Shown: in pieces, positions 53,320 to 62,172 of the stretch
Layout: each line of letters opens with the position of its first letter
How positions within the stretch are numbered: position 1 is the stretch's first letter
Assembly: GCA_965242865.1 (NCBI GenBank)
Contig: CBDETK010000013.1
Coordinates: forward strand, 4,832,001-4,896,000
Direction: 5' to 3'
Length of the DNA: 64,000 nt
Source of the DNA: Candidatus Latescibacterota bacterium
Lineage (GTDB): Bacteria; Latescibacterota; UBA2968; UBA8231
The notes under the pieces: model-generated
The model's input: the letters and a program-made list of their open reading frames with translations, nothing else
Told to the model about the DNA's origin: nothing
The model's database searches: none
Program-made: the position numbers and the translations under genes

Positions 53320-54825
53320 ATGCGCTTACTCTACGCCGCTGCCCTGATGTTGTGGACGACTGCCCCCGCGCTGGCCCAAGACGCCCAACAAAGCTGGATT
53401 CAAAAAATTGACGCTGCGTTTGGGTCCATCGTCGCGGCGATGGCCGGCGTCCTCTTCGCCGACCTAGGCACGAAAATTCCCCTCATTATATGGGTGCTCG
53501 TCCTAGGCGGCATTTACTATTCGTTCTATTTTGGCTGGATTTCCCTGCGCGGCTTCCGCCATGCCATCGACGTCATCCGAGGCCGGTACGACGACCCGGA
53601 CGACCCCGGGGAAATCTCCCATTTCCAAGCCCTCACCAGCGCCCTGTCGGCCACCATCGGCCTCGGCAACATCGCCGGCGTGGCCATTGCCGTCAGCTTG
53701 GGCGGGCCGGGCGCGGTCTTTTGGATGCTCCTGACCGCCTTGTTCGGCATGTCCTCCAAGCTGGCCTCCTGCACCCTAGCCGTCATGTATCGCAAAATTC
53801 ACCCCGACGGCCGCATCTCCGGCGGGCCGATGTACTACCTAGAGCACGGGCTGGCCAGTAAAGGGCTCAAGCCGTTGGGGCGCGCATTTGCCATTCTGTT
53901 CGCCATCTTTACCATTGGCGGCTCCCTCGGCGGCGGCAACATGTTCCAGTCCAACCAAACGGTCGAGATCCTCAGCACCGTGTCGCCGGCGGTGGGAGAC
54001 TACAACTGGGCCTTTGGCCTCCTCTTCGCCTTGCTGGTGTCCTTGGTCATCATCGGCGGCATCAAGCGAATTGGCCGCGTCACCTCCAAGATCGTGCCCT
54101 TCATGTGCCTGCTCTACGTGACCGCTTCCCTCGTCATCATTCTATCGCACCTCGCCGCAGTGCCCGCCATGATCGCGACCATTTTCCGCGAAGCCTTCTC
54201 GCCGCAGGCCCTGTACGGTGGCTTTTTGGGCGTCCTAATCGTCGGCGTCAAGCGGGCGGCCTTTTCCAACGAGGCCGGCCTCGGCTCTGCGGCCTTTGCC
54301 CACGCGGCCGCCCGCACCAACGAGCCGGCGCGCGAGGGCATGGTCGCGATGATCGGCCCCTTCATCGACACGATCGCGATCTGCTTGATGACCGCCTTGG
54401 TCTGCATGATTACCGGGGTGTACACCGATCCTCAGTTCCAAGCGAGTGAAGGCTTTATCGTGGGGGCCAAAATGACCGCGGCGGCCTTTGATTCGTTCCT
54501 GCCCGGCGCCCGCTATGTCCTCGCCATTGGCGTCATGCTCTTTGCGTACTCGACGATGATTTCTTGGTCGTACTACGGCGAGCGAGCGTGGGAGTACCTC
54601 TTTGGCAGCCGCTTCAACCTAATCTACCGGGTCATTTTCGTCGTCTGCGTCTTCTTTGGCTCGATCGTCACGCTCAAAAACGTGCTCGACTTTACCGACA
54701 TGATCCTGTTGAGCATGGCCTTTCCCAACATCATCGGCGGCATCATCCTCAGCCCGCAGATCAAGGCGTGCCTGCAAGACTACTGGGGCCGGCTAAAAAG
54801 CGGTCAGATGACGCGCTACAAATAA
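53320..54825 (+). CDS. Alanine/glycine:cation symporter (AGCS family)
   Basis: GLGNIAGVA, GGPGAVFWM, GGPMYY, FSNEAGLGS and SWSYYGE. Confidence 0.93.
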   Translation: MRLLYAAALMLWTTAPALAQDAQQSWIQKIDAAFGSIVAAMAGVLFADLGTKIPLIIWVLVLGGIYYSFYFGWISLRGFRHAIDVIRGRYDDPDDPGEISHFQALTSALSATIGLGNIAGVAIAVSLGGPGAVFWMLLTALFGMSSKLASCTLAVMYRKIHPDGRISGGPMYYLEHGLASKGLKPLGRAFAILFAIFTIGGSLGGGNMFQSNQTVEILSTVSPAVGDYNWAFGLLFALLVSLVIIGGIKRIGRVTSKIVPFMCLLYVTASLVIILSHLAAVPAMIATIFREAFSPQALYGGFLGVLIVGVKRAAFSNEAGLGSAAFAHAAARTNEPAREGMVAMIGPFIDTIAICLMTALVCMITGVYTDPQFQASEGFIVGAKMTAAAFDSFLPGARYVLAIGVMLFAYSTMISWSYYGERAWEYLFGSRFNLIYRVIFVVCVFFGSIVTLKNVLDFTDMILLSMAFPNIIGGIILSPQIKACLQDYWGRLKSGQMTRYK

Positions 54826-54852
54826 TCAGCGGTCCGCCGCTGGCTGGAAAAG

Positions 54853-55962
54853 TTACCGTTGAGTAGCCTGCAACCGCCGCACCCGCGCCGGGGTGTGGTC
54901 TTGGGCAATCTCCGAGGAGAGAATGCCCAACGAGCGGTCCGCGAGCGGCAGATCCACGCGGGCAAAGCCGGTGCGGTGCGATTGGCGCAGGGCAATGGCC
55001 ACTTCGAGGGCGGCCCGCCCATCGTCGCCCGAGCAGCGCGGCGGTGCGCCGGTCTCTATGGCGTGAATCAGGTCCTCTATAATGGTCAGGCCCATGCCTT
55101 GGATGCGCGTCGGATAGGGAAAGGGTACGGACGCGGGCACTCCGCGTCCCCGGTTGCCGCCCGGTGCCGTGCGGATGTACTCCATTTGGGTGCAATTGGC
55201 TAAAGAGCGGATGCGGCCCTCCGTGCCAATGACGTCGATTTCCCAAGCCGCGACCCCGGTGGGAGTAGCGCGGATAAAGGCGCGGACGCCGTTGTCAAAG
55301 CTGAGATAGCCGTTGCCCTGCGGGTCGGTTTCGCCGGCGGCCGCGGCATCTGATTCCATTTCGCCAAAAACCCACTCAACCTGCCCCCCCGCCAAGTAGC
55401 GCACAATGTCGATGAGGTGGCTGCCGTTGTGCGACAGGCCGCACTGGGCGTAGCCGGTGACTTGGAGGATTTGCCCGAGTGCCCCTTTGTCAATGAGGGC
55501 GCGGGCCTCGCTGAAGAACGGGTTCCAGCGGCGGGCGCAGTTAATGGCCAAGGCCGTGCCGTGTTGGCGGCATACTTCCACCATGGCATCGGCTTCGGCC
55601 AAGGTCAGGGCGATGGGCTTTTCGGCCCATATTGCCTTGACGCCCGCGCGGGCGCAGTCCTCCACGATCTGCGAGCGAATGCGGGCGGTCGTGCAGACGC
55701 TGACCAAGTCGAGGTTTTCGCGCTCCAACATTTGGCGATAGTCGCTGTAGAGATGGTCTTGCGCCAGCCCCCAGCGGTCGCCGAAAATGGCGCGTTGCTC
55801 GGCGTGCGGGTCGGCGCCAGCCACCAGTTCCGCATGGGGCGAAGCGCGGTACGAGGGGGCGTGGCAATAGGGCAGAAAAATGGACCCGCCTTCGCTCATT
55901 TCGTCGTCGAACGTGCTGCCCATGCGGCCCAAGCCGATAACGGCGGCGCGATGCGTAGTCAT
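54853..55962 (-). CDS. Gfo/Idh/MocA oxidoreductase
   Basis: VIGLGRMG, WAEKP and HNGSHLID. Confidence 0.88.
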   Translation of the reverse strand: MTTHRAAVIGLGRMGSTFDDEMSEGGSIFLPYCHAPSYRASPHAELVAGADPHAEQRAIFGDRWGLAQDHLYSDYRQMLERENLDLVSVCTTARIRSQIVEDCARAGVKAIWAEKPIALTLAEADAMVEVCRQHGTALAINCARRWNPFFSEARALIDKGALGQILQVTGYAQCGLSHNGSHLIDIVRYLAGGQVEWVFGEMESDAAAAGETDPQGNGYLSFDNGVRAFIRATPTGVAAWEIDVIGTEGRIRSLANCTQMEYIRTAPGGNRGRGVPASVPFPYPTRIQGMGLTIIEDLIHAIETGAPPRCSGDDGRAALEVAIALRQSHRTGFARVDLPLADRSLGILSSEIAQDHTPARVRRLQATQR

Positions 55963-56039
55963 AGTCTCCTCCGGCGTTTTGGGTGGTGATTTTACGGTCG
56001 CGTCCTTAGCTCATAGATAGGGGCCGTAAAACGCGTTGG

Positions 56040-58199
56040 ATGGAGCATAGCCCGCAACGACGAGTGGCGCAACGCATTGGGCGTTTCGTTGACGGCTTCG
56101 CTGTCAAAGCGTTGATTAGGAAGCTAGCCAACAGACCTGCGCCCGCCGCAGCAACCACACAACCCCCGACCGCGTTGCGATCCACGTTTGATATACAGCG
56201 GCTGAAGATCGGCTCCCTTCTCACCATTCTCGGCGCCGTTCTCGGCGCGGTGCATGTCTTGATCCGCACTTCCACGTACGGCGCGACGATCTCGCCGGAC
56301 TCCGTACTGTACCTGTCCGTTGCGGCCAACCTCAGCACCGGAGAGGGTTTGCGAGACTTCACAGGCTTAGATCCCCTGTATCACCCCCCTTTCTTTCCCA
56401 TCCTCCTGTCCGCCTTGGGTCTGGCCGGAATCGGGCCGGCCGATGCCGGGCGGCTGGTCAACGCCGTTGCCTTTGGCCTGATCATCCTGCTGTCGGGCCT
56501 CTACCTGCGCCGAACTCTTGCCTCGCCTCGCCTTGCGGCTGGTGCCACGCTGGTCCTCGCGACCTCCTTTAACCTCAACCATTTCGCTTCCGGCATCCTG
56601 ACCGAGCCCTCCTTCATCCTGTTCGCGCTCCTCGCCCTGATCCTGCTCGAGTCCTTTCTGCGCCAAAGAGCCGCTTGGCCGTCCCTCGTGGCCGCGGCCG
56701 CGTTCAGTGCCTTGGCTGCGACCACGAAGTTCGCGGGCGTGGCGGTGATATTCACGGGAGTTTGCCTGCTGCTTTTGCGCCGGGAGTCGCCGCTCGCCGC
56801 TCGCCTCAAGTCGGCGGCCGTCTATGGAGCGGTCGCGGCGGTTCCTCTGGCGGCTTTTCTGGTGTACAACTCGCTGCGCTTCGGGGCACTGGTGAGAAGC
56901 TGGCCAAAACAAGAAGCCACGTCCCTGTCCCATTCACTCGTTCGCACGGTCTATCTAAGCTACCGGGAGATCGTCCCCTCAACCGCGCCCGATTGGTTGG
57001 CGCATCTTCTCTGGGCGGCGGGCGGTCTGGTCGTCCTCGGAGCAGCTATAGTCTGTATGCGGCACAGGAGCGAACTGGCCAAACCGCTCTCCTTCATGGC
57101 GTGGCCGGCCTTCCCATTGGTTGTGTTTGCCTTGGCGTACTGGGTGTTGATGGTGGTGATCGTGCCGCTCAAGTTCGGTGCTTCGATCATGCGGATCCGG
57201 TTCCTCATGCCGTGCTATGTGCCGCTGGTGCTGTCGGCAACGATCTTGGTGGATCGCTTCTTGGGGATCCGCAGCGAAGGCTGGGTGTCTGCGGTCAAGT
57301 GGGCTTGGGCCGCCCTCGTCCTGATTGGCTGCTGCGCGACCGTCGGCCGCTCGACCATAAGCAATCTCGACGCCACGGCGCAGGCTGTGGCGTCCGGCTA
57401 CTTTGGCGACAAGTTTAATACAGCGTACTGGGACGCAAGCGAAACAATCGGCTACCTGAAAGCCAACCCGACGGACGCGGATATGTACTCCAACCGCAAC
57501 AGCCTGCTGTACACGGTGCTCGCGCTGGATGCCGGAATCAACGTCCTCGAGAAGTATCACCTGATCGAGAGACACAAACCGCTTGTAGTACCGCCGGAGG
57601 AGGACGAAAGCGGCCGGAACGGTACGCTTTTCGTTTGGCTGCACAAGTTCACCCCCTTCTATAACTTCGGTGCCGCCGACCTGCGCGCCTTGCCCCAGCT
57701 AGAGCCGGTAGCAGAGCTAGCCGATGGTGCCGTATTCAAAATCAACAGAGCCTACGACACCCTTGCAGCCCTGCGAGCAACGTATAACGCAATCGTGGCC
57801 GGCGAACCGGCAATCCGCTCTACCTTTGACGTATATCTCGGCGAAAATACCTTGACTTACGTCAAACAGCCGTGTGCCCGCGCCGACGCGGAGGAGACGT
57901 TCTTTCTACACCTGTTTCCCGCTCACGAGGATGACTTGCCGGACCACCGCAAGCAGCACGGCTTTGACCGCCTCGACTTTGAATTCGACTGGCGCGGCGT
58001 CCGCTTCGACGACAAGTGCTGGACAAAGCGCGAGCTACCCGCATACGCCATCACCCGCATCCGCACCGGCCAAGGCAACGCTTGGAACGCCGAGATTTCC
58101 GCCGGGAACCGCACCGGCTCGATTCTGGCCCGATCACTTCCCCTAGCTTATTTTATAAACCCCGAATCAAGGCGGCTTTCTGAAAACCATCCGAATTGA
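56040..58199 (+). CDS. Multi-TM ArnT/PMT-like (GT-C) membrane protein with extracytoplasmic C-terminal domain
   Basis: SPDSVLY, HPPFFP, LTEP and TKFAG, with many TM segments. Start position uncertain. Confidence 0.65.
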   Translation: MEHSPQRRVAQRIGRFVDGFAVKALIRKLANRPAPAAATTQPPTALRSTFDIQRLKIGSLLTILGAVLGAVHVLIRTSTYGATISPDSVLYLSVAANLSTGEGLRDFTGLDPLYHPPFFPILLSALGLAGIGPADAGRLVNAVAFGLIILLSGLYLRRTLASPRLAAGATLVLATSFNLNHFASGILTEPSFILFALLALILLESFLRQRAAWPSLVAAAAFSALAATTKFAGVAVIFTGVCLLLLRRESPLAARLKSAAVYGAVAAVPLAAFLVYNSLRFGALVRSWPKQEATSLSHSLVRTVYLSYREIVPSTAPDWLAHLLWAAGGLVVLGAAIVCMRHRSELAKPLSFMAWPAFPLVVFALAYWVLMVVIVPLKFGASIMRIRFLMPCYVPLVLSATILVDRFLGIRSEGWVSAVKWAWAALVLIGCCATVGRSTISNLDATAQAVASGYFGDKFNTAYWDASETIGYLKANPTDADMYSNRNSLLYTVLALDAGINVLEKYHLIERHKPLVVPPEEDESGRNGTLFVWLHKFTPFYNFGAADLRALPQLEPVAELADGAVFKINRAYDTLAALRATYNAIVAGEPAIRSTFDVYLGENTLTYVKQPCARADAEETFFLHLFPAHEDDLPDHRKQHGFDRLDFEFDWRGVRFDDKCWTKRELPAYAITRIRTGQGNAWNAEISAGNRTGSILARSLPLAYFINPESRRLSENHPN

Positions 58200-58209
58200 A
58201 GAGATACCC

Positions 58210-59631
58210 ATGTCCCCCGGAACGTTAATTTCCCTGCAACAGGCGTTTGCGACTCCGCTCGACGAGGCCAATTCCTACTACCGTCGGCACATTAACGAAA
58301 AGCTGCTCTCCCTCTATTCGATCCTCGGCACCGGCGATTTGGAGTACACCAGCGCCCGAGGCTCCGAGCTCAAACTGGCGGATGGAACGACCGTTCTGGA
58401 CTTCACGTCAGCGATGGGCAGCCTTTCGTTGGGCCACAACCATCCGCAAATCGTGGCGGCCGAAAGAGCCTGCCACGATCGCGAACTGATCGACATGATG
58501 AAGGTCGGGCCGAGCAGAATCCAAGGCGTTCTCGCGTACAACATCGCCCAGCTCTTAGGCCCGGCACTCGACACGACCATATTCTGCGTCACCGGGGCGG
58601 AAGCCGTTGAGGCGGCCATGAAACTTTGCGAGATCGCCCAAGGGCCCAAGCGACGCAAATTCCTCGTGGCCACCGGGTCCTTCCACGGCAAATCGCACAC
58701 CACCCTGTCGATAACGAGGAGCGGCGACTACGCCCGCGGCGTTCTCCGAGGGCTGCCGCCCGAGTGCGTCCTCGAGGTGCCTTTTGGCGATGTGGACGCG
58801 GCCCGCGAGCAAGTCGCAGCTCATGCCGACAGCATCATCGCCGCGATCCTCGAACCGATTCAAGGGCAGGCGGTGGTCGTGCCGCCGGACGGGTATCTCA
58901 ACGAGGTGGGGAAGATCTGCAAAGACGCCGGTATTTTGCTGGTGATCGATGAAACCAAGCTCGGGCTGTGCAGATCGGGCCGGATGTTCGCCTACGAGTG
59001 GGACGTGGCCGCACCGGACGCACTCGTGTTCGGCAAGGCGCTCGGAGGCGGCAAACGCGCCATGTCAGTGGTGGCGACCTCCCGCGAGCTCTTCCGCCGA
59101 GCTTATGGCAAGAGGCAGACCTGCGCCTTGCAAACGACGACCTTTGGGGGCATAGGCGAGTCGTGCGCGGTGGCGATTGAAACGCTCAATTTTATGGTGG
59201 ATCAAGGGCTGGCCGCCCAAGCCGAGAGCAAGGGGGCTTACCTGTGCGCCGGGCTGCAACGGCTCCAAGAGCAATTCCCCGAATTTGTGCGCGAAATACG
59301 AGGCCGGGGCCTGTTTCAAGGCCTCCACTTGCGGCTGCGGCCTCGCGTCACAGCGGCGTTTGGCGCGCTCGATACGAAAACCGTCAAATCCGCCGCGGCC
59401 GCGGCCTTCGTAAACTACATGCTCCGCAAGCACCGCATCCTCCTGCATTTCGTGGATAGCGACCCCGACGTGATTCACCTAATGCCTCCGCTGACCGCGT
59501 CAACCGAGGAGCTAGACCGGCTCTTGCACGCCCTACAGGCCACATTGGAAGCCGGCTTGGTGGGCATTGCGTCAAACTTTGCCCGGCATCTGGGCGATCA
59601 AACCCTGGCCTCGCTGAAGAGCCGAGAGTAA
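58210..59631 (+). CDS. Class III PLP-dependent aminotransferase
   Basis: LGHNHP, GAEAVEAA, SFHGK, EPIQG, FGKALGGG, TFGG and RGRGL. Confidence 0.9.
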   Translation: MSPGTLISLQQAFATPLDEANSYYRRHINEKLLSLYSILGTGDLEYTSARGSELKLADGTTVLDFTSAMGSLSLGHNHPQIVAAERACHDRELIDMMKVGPSRIQGVLAYNIAQLLGPALDTTIFCVTGAEAVEAAMKLCEIAQGPKRRKFLVATGSFHGKSHTTLSITRSGDYARGVLRGLPPECVLEVPFGDVDAAREQVAAHADSIIAAILEPIQGQAVVVPPDGYLNEVGKICKDAGILLVIDETKLGLCRSGRMFAYEWDVAAPDALVFGKALGGGKRAMSVVATSRELFRRAYGKRQTCALQTTTFGGIGESCAVAIETLNFMVDQGLAAQAESKGAYLCAGLQRLQEQFPEFVREIRGRGLFQGLHLRLRPRVTAAFGALDTKTVKSAAAAAFVNYMLRKHRILLHFVDSDPDVIHLMPPLTASTEELDRLLHALQATLEAGLVGIASNFARHLGDQTLASLKSRE

Positions 59632-59636
59632 GTCAA

Positions 59637-60239
59637 TCAGTCAGGCCGCTGCAACGAGACGATCCGCAGCCCGTTGACTTCTTCAAGCACCTCGGTTTTA
59701 TAGGCCCCGATCAAAGCCATTTCCGGCCTGTACAAGGACATCATAACCACGCCTCCTTCCGCCAGATAGCGCGGCGCCTCTGCGAGAAAACGACGCAGCA
59801 GTTCCATCCGTTGTTTTTTGACCAAGAAATACACGATGGCGATGACCACGCGGTTGTTGCGCGGCATCAGGGACTTTACGAACTCCAACGGCGCCGCAGG
59901 AGCCGAGGTGTGCCCCAAAGGCGGGTTGAAAACAATCAGATCGAATAGACCGGAGACGCCGCTGAAAAGGTCGCTGTACTTGAACTCCAGTGCTAGGTCG
60001 TTCGCCCGAGCGTTGCCGGTTGCACACTGGAGCGCGGTGCTGTTCACATCGACCCCCATAGACCGCCAGCCTTGAGACTGAAGGTAAAGCGCGATGAAGC
60101 CGGTTCCGGTCCCGATGTCGAGGGCTGTCTGGCCCGCTTGTCGCCCGGCGTGACGCGCCATACTAAGCGTATCGGGGCCAACCCGGGAGACCCCGGGCGA
60201 GTTGTTGACGAGAATGTCGTTGAATTCCTTGTACTTCAT
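59637..60239 (-). CDS. HemK/MTS-like SAM methyltransferase
   Basis: LDIGTGTG, SDLF and FNPP. Confidence 0.82.
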   Translation of the reverse strand: MKYKEFNDILVNNSPGVSRVGPDTLSMARHAGRQAGQTALDIGTGTGFIALYLQSQGWRSMGVDVNSTALQCATGNARANDLALEFKYSDLFSGVSGLFDLIVFNPPLGHTSAPAAPLEFVKSLMPRNNRVVIAIVYFLVKKQRMELLRRFLAEAPRYLAEGGVVMMSLYRPEMALIGAYKTEVLEEVNGLRIVSLQRPD

Positions 60240-60306
60240 AAAAATCTCCTTTGGAGGCTGTCGTCGTTAGGCGACCGAGGAAAATTGCGGCCTCGGCACG
60301 AGTCCA

Positions 60307-62097
60307 TTATGGGCTGGCTGACGCGGGCACGGGGGGGGCCACCGGCTGCAAGCGGATGAAGGTCTTGAGCAGCTCCCACTGCCAAGAGTGCGGAAAGCCG
60401 TACGGGTCTTGCTGGCTCGGCCAGCCGGTCCAGCGGGTCGTGTTGCAAGGATAGCGGATGATGAGCTGCGCCAAGAAGATGTCGGGCAACTCCCCCACCC
60501 AGATCTCCATGGCCTCCACGAACAGCGCCAGCAGCTTCTCATCGCCCGCTTGCAGGGGCGCGATGCGCTCGACGATGCGGTCGAACTCCTCGTTGCGCCA
60601 GCGCGAGGTGGTCGCCCACAGCGGCGCCGGCTGGCCGGTGGGGCGGAAGTATTGGGAGGTGTAGTAGGACAGCATCAGATAGGGATCCATGCCGCGCACC
60701 CCGCTGGGGCCTTTGCAGCCGAGGGCCGCGGCCTGCTCTCCGGTCTGCACGAGCGAGGTCAGCCCCGGGGAGGTATCGAAGCTGGCATCGAACCCTGCGG
60801 CGCGCAGTTGCTCCGTTAGGGGCGGGCCGTACGCGCGCAGAAACTGCGGCACAAATATGGCGATCTCGAGCCGCTCGCCCTCCGCGTCGATCCACAAGCC
60901 CTCGTCGTCTTTGCGATAGCCTTTTCCCGCCATGATCTGGTTCACCTCTGGCAGGTGCGGCTCGGCGTCGTACCCGTGCCGAGCGAGAATCTCCTGTAGG
61001 GCCGCGTCAAACGGCGCGAACCAGTCGTAGGGCGTGAAGGGATGCAGCGCGACCACGCCAGCCCCGGACTCGGCTAGCTGGACGAGCTTCTTCCGGTCGA
61101 TGGCCATGCTGATCGCCCGGCGAATCTGCGGATCGTCAAAGGGCGGCTCCGAGCAATTCAGGTTGAGATCAATGGGGCACCAATCGAGATAGCCGTAGGG
61201 CGGTTGCCGCTCGGAGAAGGTCACGACCCGCGCATTGCGCTCTAGGACGCTTTCGAGGGTGAGCACCTGCATGATGGGGGCCATGTCGAGTTGATCGGTC
61301 AGCAGCAGTTGCGCCGCTTGGCTCTCCTCCTGCTGGGGCACGTAGATGATCCGCTCGATCTTTGGCTGGGGTTTGAACCCGGTCTGAGCCCCCCACCAGT
61401 CGGGGCGCAGGTCGTAGATTTTCTGGTGCGGCGAAGCGTACACGAGCCGATAAGGCCCCGTGCCGAGGGGCAAGCCCGCCCCGAGGTCGTGGAAGGTGAA
61501 CTCTAGGGGGTCTTGATCCTTCCAGATGTGTTCGGGTAAAATGAAGACGCCGTGGTTGCTGCTCAGGGTGGTCGCCCAAAACGCCGGCCCCGCCTTTTTG
61601 AGCACCAGCCGCACCGTGTGGTCGTCGATGACTTCGGCGGAGTCGAAAAACTCGGGCAGATCGGCCAGATGGACCATGGACTTAGCGTGGTCGCGCAGCA
61701 TGTTAAAGGTGAAAGCCACATCGCCGGCGGTGAAGGGCTGTCCGTCCGCCCATTCAATGCCTTGGCGGAGCTTTACGGTGATCGCGGTCGCGTCGTCGTC
61801 GTATTCCCAGTGCTCGGCCAGCCAGTTTTCGTGCGCCCCGGTGAGCACATTGTACATGATCAGCGGCTCAAACATGGCTGGCAGCGTCCCTAGGTGGAAT
61901 CCTTGGTCGGAGCCGGGGATATAGGGGTTCTGGTTGTCGAATAGGGGATACTGGCCCGGACCGCCGTTCATCAAGATCAAGGTGCGGTCCCGGGGGACCT
62001 CCTCCAGCACCACCTCCGGCCCGCAGCTAGCCAGCGCCGCGACCAGTAGGGGCAAGGACGCCCCGGTGAACAAAACTTTTCTACCCATGCTCCACAT
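60307..62097 (-). CDS. ABC transporter solute-binding lipoprotein, family 5 (copy 1)
   Basis: Lipobox LASC, WADGQPFTAGDVAFT, GTGPY and PFDDPQIRRAI. Confidence 0.92.
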   Translation of the reverse strand: MWSMGRKVLFTGASLPLLVAALASCGPEVVLEEVPRDRTLILMNGGPGQYPLFDNQNPYIPGSDQGFHLGTLPAMFEPLIMYNVLTGAHENWLAEHWEYDDDATAITVKLRQGIEWADGQPFTAGDVAFTFNMLRDHAKSMVHLADLPEFFDSAEVIDDHTVRLVLKKAGPAFWATTLSSNHGVFILPEHIWKDQDPLEFTFHDLGAGLPLGTGPYRLVYASPHQKIYDLRPDWWGAQTGFKPQPKIERIIYVPQQEESQAAQLLLTDQLDMAPIMQVLTLESVLERNARVVTFSERQPPYGYLDWCPIDLNLNCSEPPFDDPQIRRAISMAIDRKKLVQLAESGAGVVALHPFTPYDWFAPFDAALQEILARHGYDAEPHLPEVNQIMAGKGYRKDDEGLWIDAEGERLEIAIFVPQFLRAYGPPLTEQLRAAGFDASFDTSPGLTSLVQTGEQAAALGCKGPSGVRGMDPYLMLSYYTSQYFRPTGQPAPLWATTSRWRNEEFDRIVERIAPLQAGDEKLLALFVEAMEIWVGELPDIFLAQLIIRYPCNTTRWTGWPSQQDPYGFPHSWQWELLKTFIRLQPVAPPVPASASP

Positions 62098-62172
62098 CGT
62101 TTACCTCTCTCTGTAATACAAACCGGCGACTTGCTCTTTGCCCGCGCCTGTCTCGTGCCGGCCCCCGGCCCA

